A DNA stretch of 64,000 bases from Candidatus Doudnabacteria bacterium RIFCSPHIGHO2_01_FULL_46_24 (GTDB lineage Bacteria > Patescibacteriota > Doudnabacteria > UBA920 > O2-02-FULL-48-8), in assembly GCA_001777575.1 (NCBI GenBank), contig MFEL01000018.1, positions 72,264 to 136,263 on the forward strand, in the 5' to 3' direction. The position numbers and the translations under genes are program-made. Below, piece by piece: positions 59,614 to 64,000 of the stretch (position 1 is its first letter; each line of letters begins with the position of its first letter). Under the pieces are notes generated by a model that saw nothing but the letters and a program-made list of their open reading frames with translations, was not told the DNA's origin and searched no databases.

Positions 59614-60024
59614 ATGAACAATAACTTCTCAAAGACAATCCAGCGCTTTGCTGATTGGGCCAAGCTGAAGCTTGGTATCCACTTAAATCGAAAGCCTTAT
59701 GCGATTTATTTCAAACCGCGCCAAATCTGGTGGGTAAACTTAGGACAAAATATTGGTAGTGAACAAAACGGCAAGCATAAAAATTTTGAACGGCCGGTTT
59801 TAATTCTTAAAAAATTTAATGCTGAAATATTTTTGGCAGTTCCACTGTCAAGCCAGGTTAAGTCCGGAGCTTTCAGGGTTGTGTTTCAGAAGGGCAATAA
59901 TAATTTCACGGCCAATCTTTCTCAAATTAGAGTTTTGAGCAGTAAACGCCTGCTTCGTCAGATTGGTAAAATGGACAAACAGGCATATGAAACGATTAAG
60001 CAGGTGTTCCACAAACTGGCGTGA
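59614..60024 (+). CDS. MazF/PemK-family endoribonuclease toxin (orphan, with no adjacent antitoxin)
   Basis: IWWVNLG...GSEQNGKHKNFERPVLIL...AVPLSSQVK...SQIRVLSSKRL matches the PemK/MazF fold signature. Confidence 0.55.
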   Translation: MNNNFSKTIQRFADWAKLKLGIHLNRKPYAIYFKPRQIWWVNLGQNIGSEQNGKHKNFERPVLILKKFNAEIFLAVPLSSQVKSGAFRVVFQKGNNNFTANLSQIRVLSSKRLLRQIGKMDKQAYETIKQVFHKLA

Positions 60025-60043
60025 ATCTTAAATAATAAACGGC

Positions 60044-60075
60044 TCCCTATTTCTAGGGAGCCTCGGAACTCCTTG
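60044..60075. terminator. hairpin ggctcccta-tttc-tagggagcc (possible bidirectional terminator)
   Basis: 9-bp perfect stem, T-rich on the minus-strand side only. Confidence 0.35.
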
Positions 60076-60268
60076 CGGAGTCAAAATGTATTTATACATT
60101 ATCAGCTATCTGAACTTTTGTCAATAGCGCTGCCATAAGAAAATTATTTGGACCTGTTCTTAAATAGTGGTTATAGAGTTCCCTTGTTAAAGCCTCAAAA
60201 GTTTTCCACCTGTCTCGACCACAGTACCAGAAGCTTCGCTTCGGTACGTGGCATGCTTGGTCGGGCAA

Positions 60269-61423
60269 TTAGTTTTTGATATAAAACAAAGAAATCATAA
60301 ACCAAAACAGGATCGAGAGATCGTTTTTGAAGTAAGGGACATCAACCAACCCATGAACAACTATCGTAACCAGGAACATGGCTGCGGCCAAGCGGAGGGG
60401 GGTTGGTTTTAGTTTGTGTTGCTTAAGGCAAACAAGGATCAGAAAGAAAAAACTTAAGAGCCCGAGCATGCCAAGTTCCAGCCAGAAGTTAAGGAAAATA
60501 TTGTGGGGGTAATTAAGAACTTCCTGCTTGAATTGCATGCTTTCCAGAGTATGGCGAAAGCCGGAGAGACCGTTGCCCAGGATCGGACTTTGCAGAACTG
60601 CCCGCGCGGAATATTTGTAGAGCTCAAGCCGCGCTGAAGCAGACGGGTCGGTTAATATTTGTTTTCCCGGATACAATAAGGCCGCGGCTGTGATGGCCAG
60701 TGCCAAAAACGGCACGACAATTTTCCAAGGGATTTTTTTTGCAGCCAAAATAGCCAAGACAACCAACACAGCTAGCCAAGCACCGCGGGAGAAGGTTAGA
60801 ATTAAGGCGATCAATCCCAGTCCCGTTGTCCAAAACAATAGCTTGCGGTTGATTAATGTGCTTTTGGAATAGATTAATGCAAGAAAAAAGGCAAGCAGAG
60901 GCCCAAGATATAAAGCCAAAGCATTTGGATATTCGAACACGCTGACAATTCTTTTGACGCCTTCCCCAAACCCCCAGAACCGCAGAGGCAAACCCAAAAG
61001 CGTGACGTACTGAATAAGCCCGAACAGACTAATGACTAATATCGATAACGATAACAGCGTCAGCGGCAGCTTGAGGTCGCTTTCTTTTCTAAGGATCAAC
61101 ACGCAGGCATAAAAAAACAACACAGGTTCGATAATAAAGGCTTTCAGCTGGCCCAGGGCCTTGATCGGCTCCGGTGAAATAATCGTGGAAATTATTCCCG
61201 CCAAAACAAAGGCTATTATGGCCAGGTTTGCCGGGCCGAGTTTTTTTAGTTCCGCAACCAGGCTCCGCGGGTGAGTGAAAAAAACAGCCAACAAAAAAAT
61301 CGCCAAAATAATTTCCAGCAGAGTGGTGGGCAAGCCAAAAATTGTAAACCGAACCAGGTATGTCGGCAGCAGGGCCAAGACCAGCCCCAATAACCACCTA
61401 TTGATTTGCGTTAGCCGTGACAT
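60269..61423 (-). CDS. O-antigen ligase / Wzy_C-family polytopic membrane protein
   Basis: 384-aa ORF with about 10 helices and the SRG-containing loop (LTFSRGAWLAV) typical of the Wzy_C family. Confidence 0.55.
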   Translation of the reverse strand: MSRLTQINRWLLGLVLALLPTYLVRFTIFGLPTTLLEIILAIFLLAVFFTHPRSLVAELKKLGPANLAIIAFVLAGIISTIISPEPIKALGQLKAFIIEPVLFFYACVLILRKESDLKLPLTLLSLSILVISLFGLIQYVTLLGLPLRFWGFGEGVKRIVSVFEYPNALALYLGPLLAFFLALIYSKSTLINRKLLFWTTGLGLIALILTFSRGAWLAVLVVLAILAAKKIPWKIVVPFLALAITAAALLYPGKQILTDPSASARLELYKYSARAVLQSPILGNGLSGFRHTLESMQFKQEVLNYPHNIFLNFWLELGMLGLLSFFFLILVCLKQHKLKPTPLRLAAAMFLVTIVVHGLVDVPYFKNDLSILFWFMISLFYIKN

Positions 61424-63968
61424 TGATTCGAATGCTGTTTTGGATGACTTCGCCGTTTTGGAGTTTGACCACAGCTGTCAGCGTCTGCCAGCCTTTTTTT
61501 GCACTCTCAACCGTGAAGCTGTAGGGCGGCGAAATTTTGGAGCCAAGATATTCCCCTTCCAAAATCAGATCCAGACCTGCCACACTGCTGCCGCTGATGT
61601 TGACCTGGACATTGAAGGGCGCGATCACTTCCTGGTCATTGACCGGAGTTAAGAAACTAACTTGGTTTGGGAGCAATTCCGGGCTGATACTGCCGTCATC
61701 CTCTTCGGTCGGAGGAAAAGAGTAGCCAGCCGCCTCCGCCCAGGCCCGGACCGGCCCTTCCCAATCGGGATTGTCCGGCATTTCGGAATGAATAACAGTA
61801 TAAATTCTGGTTTCAACAAGCTCTTGAGGAGTTTGCGCATTTGCGCGTTTGCCGTTTTGTTTGTTGATTTTGACCGCTATGTGTACGTCATCGAATTGCT
61901 GCGGCAGAGCGAACTCAGCAAAGACCTCAGTTTTGGTGGACTGGGTGTATTGCGTGGGCAGTTTGCCGGAAATGGCATCCACCACTACGTGCTGAATCCC
62001 GGCCGGCTCGGTGAACTGTTCCGGCGGCGTATCTGTCAAAGCCGCGCGCATGAATTGGTTCCAAATCGGGGCTGCGACGATGACGCCGTCCGCCCCGGCT
62101 CGCATTTCTTCCCCGCGGCTGTTGCCGCGCCACACGCCGGCTACGAGCGAAGGCGTGAACCCGATGGTCCAGCCGTCTTTCCAGGCCTGAGTGGTGCCGG
62201 TTTTGGCAGCCACGACGCGGTCAGGCAAGACCAAGGGGGAACGGGACCCAAAGATGAAACTGCGCGCGTCGTTGTCTGACATGATACTCACAACCTGGTA
62301 GGCGATTTGCGGGTCCAAAACTTCTTCGGCGTTATCCTCGTATTTTTCCAAAACATTTCCCTTGCTGTCCAGTACTTCCAGGATCGGGGTTTTTTCATGA
62401 CGCACGCCTCCGGCGGCAAATACGCCCATGGCCGAGACATGGTCTATAAGCTTGAGTTCGCAGCCGCCCAAAACCAAGGCCAACCCGCAGCGCTCGGCGC
62501 TGATGTTGGAAGTAATCCCCAAATCTTTGGCCAGGCTAATGGCTTTATCCACGCCGGTTAGAGCCAGAGTTTTGACTGCCGGCACGTTTAGCGAACCGGC
62601 CAGCGCTTTGCGCATGGAGAGAATGCCGTGGTTTTGCCCGTCATAATTTTGCGGGATGTATTCATCGTTGCCGTAAGTGCCGAATGAGGTTTTGACATCC
62701 ACCAGCATGGTGGCTGGCGAATAGCCTTCTTTGAACGCGGCCGCGTAAATATACGGCTTGATTGACGAACCAGGCTGGCGGTCGCGCAAGGCGACATTGA
62801 CCTGGCCGTCATGCTCCTCATCAAAGAAATCGCGGGAGCCGACCATAGCCAGAATTTGCCCGGTTTTCGGGTCAATGGCCACCAAGGCGGCGTTGTGTGC
62901 CTTGTTCCGGTTTTCGTCTTTGGCCACCCCTTCGGCAACAGTTTTTTCCGCAATTTCCTGCAGGCGATAATCCAAGGTGGTAATGATTTTTAAGCCGCCT
63001 TCCTCCAAAGTTTTCTCGCCGTATTTTTCAGCCAGCAGATCCTGGACGTAGAGCACAAAGTGTGGAGCGATGATGGCATCTTTGATTTTGCTGAAAGTCA
63101 CTTTTTCGGCTTTGGCTGTATCATGCGCAGTCTGAGTGATGTATCCCTGGTCCAGCATTGCCGCCAGCACGAGATTTTTGCGGTTTTCCAGCCGGTCGCG
63201 GTTGGGACCGGAGGGCGAGTAGAAGGTCGGAGCCTGGGGCAGGGCGGCAAGGTAAGCCGATTCGGCCAGAGTCAGATCGCGGGCGCGCTTGCCAAAATAT
63301 GTTTGGGACGCAGCCTCGATGCCGTAAGCGTTTTGGCCGTAAGGAATTTCATTGAGGTACAATTTGAGGATCTCGTCCTTGGTGAATTTTTGCTGGATTT
63401 CAATGGCCAGGACTATCTCCTTGATTTTGCGCGTAAAAGTTTTTTCGCGCGTGAGTATGGCGTTGCGGACAAACTGCTGCGTGATGGTCGAACCGCCCTG
63501 GCCAGTCAGTTCTCCGCGCGTGATGTTGCGGAATACCGCCCGCAGAATCCCCCGCCAATCAACACCCGGGTTGTTGTAATAATTTTTGTCCTCAATGGCG
63601 ATGGTAGCCTCTTTCGCATAATCGGGAATTTCAGCAAGCTCAATCAATGTTCGTTTAGCCTCCCCGTGAATTTCATAAAGCAGGGTCGTCCCGTCCCGGG
63701 CGTAAATTTTGGTTGATTGGGGGACTATGCGCGCATTAATTTTGTTGGGGTCAGGCAGTGAGAGTGAGACCACAGCGAAAGTCAGGCTGACCAGGATCAA
63801 AAATGCCGCGGCCAAATACAAAGCCAGCTTGAAGATTCTCCTGCGCAATTTTTTTTCCTGTTTCAATCTTAACCATAGGCCTCGTGGCAGGCTCCAGACC
63901 GATTTCAAAACCTTTTTGAAAGAAGGCGAGCGATGGTTGCGGTTCCAATTGGAGTGATAATGTTGCAT
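61398..63968 (-). CDS. class A penicillin-binding protein (PBP1A-type; transglycosylase plus transpeptidase) with a C-terminal extension
   Basis: GT51 motifs (EDKNYYNNPGVD, GGSTITQQ), transpeptidase SxxK/SxN/KTG motifs, and an N-terminal membrane anchor. Confidence 0.9.
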   Translation of the reverse strand: MQHYHSNWNRNHRSPSFKKVLKSVWSLPRGLWLRLKQEKKLRRRIFKLALYLAAAFLILVSLTFAVVSLSLPDPNKINARIVPQSTKIYARDGTTLLYEIHGEAKRTLIELAEIPDYAKEATIAIEDKNYYNNPGVDWRGILRAVFRNITRGELTGQGGSTITQQFVRNAILTREKTFTRKIKEIVLAIEIQQKFTKDEILKLYLNEIPYGQNAYGIEAASQTYFGKRARDLTLAESAYLAALPQAPTFYSPSGPNRDRLENRKNLVLAAMLDQGYITQTAHDTAKAEKVTFSKIKDAIIAPHFVLYVQDLLAEKYGEKTLEEGGLKIITTLDYRLQEIAEKTVAEGVAKDENRNKAHNAALVAIDPKTGQILAMVGSRDFFDEEHDGQVNVALRDRQPGSSIKPYIYAAAFKEGYSPATMLVDVKTSFGTYGNDEYIPQNYDGQNHGILSMRKALAGSLNVPAVKTLALTGVDKAISLAKDLGITSNISAERCGLALVLGGCELKLIDHVSAMGVFAAGGVRHEKTPILEVLDSKGNVLEKYEDNAEEVLDPQIAYQVVSIMSDNDARSFIFGSRSPLVLPDRVVAAKTGTTQAWKDGWTIGFTPSLVAGVWRGNSRGEEMRAGADGVIVAAPIWNQFMRAALTDTPPEQFTEPAGIQHVVVDAISGKLPTQYTQSTKTEVFAEFALPQQFDDVHIAVKINKQNGKRANAQTPQELVETRIYTVIHSEMPDNPDWEGPVRAWAEAAGYSFPPTEEDDGSISPELLPNQVSFLTPVNDQEVIAPFNVQVNISGSSVAGLDLILEGEYLGSKISPPYSFTVESAKKGWQTLTAVVKLQNGEVIQNSIRINVTANANQ

Positions 63969-64000
63969 ATATGCTTGGTTATTGTATCAAAAAGTTGCTA

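Overview
This 64-kb window looks like an AT-rich, gene-dense bacterial chromosome segment whose gene content is consistent with a reduced-genome (CPR/Patescibacteria-like) organism. That placement is an inference from short housekeeping proteins and the absence of Shine-Dalgarno sequences before most genes. Coding density is high and dominated by housekeeping genes. On the minus strand from about 17 kb to 57.4 kb: rpoC, rpoB, an MFS transporter, tsaB, a MurE-like ligase, a LOG-family protein, a FemAB protein, ruvA, ppa, polA, a Pif1-like helicase, a PilB/GspE ATPase, recF, dnaN and dnaA. On the plus strand: an ECF sigma/anti-sigma pair, tRNA-Glu(UUC), a PEBP-family protein, tsaD, valS, uvrB, rpsT, tsaE, a VanW protein, an M29 aminopeptidase, ruvB, and the classic rpmH-rnpA-yidD-yidC-jag cluster. 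That cluster diverges from dnaA at about 57.5 kb, which together with the strand switch there suggests the replication origin lies in this window. The most notable accessory system is a complete diversity-generating retroelement (DGR) at 43.9-46.7 kb. It has a reverse transcriptase with the DGR-type IGxxxSQ motif, an Avd-like four-helix-bundle gene on the opposite strand whose start overlaps the RT start, and a roughly 120-bp template repeat. Its target gene has a C-terminal variable repeat that differs from the template almost exclusively at template adenines. Other accessory features are as follows. A HigB/HigA-like toxin-antitoxin cassette sits next to a RhuM-Fic gene and is flanked by about 51-bp direct repeats of the Fic 3-prime end. 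There is an orphan MazF-like toxin and a partial AbiEi-like gene at the window edge. A compositionally distinct GC-rich island (about 50.2-53.3 kb) encodes a secreted SLT/M15-like cell-wall hydrolase. Two unrelated genes carry the same leader module: an ATGAATCCCGTTAGAAAT upstream ORF start plus its inverted complement overlapping the main start codon. Arrays of 7-8-nt tandem repeats occur in several intergenic regions. Non-CDS coordinates are approximate (plus or minus 2 nt). No CRISPR arrays or rRNA genes were seen.
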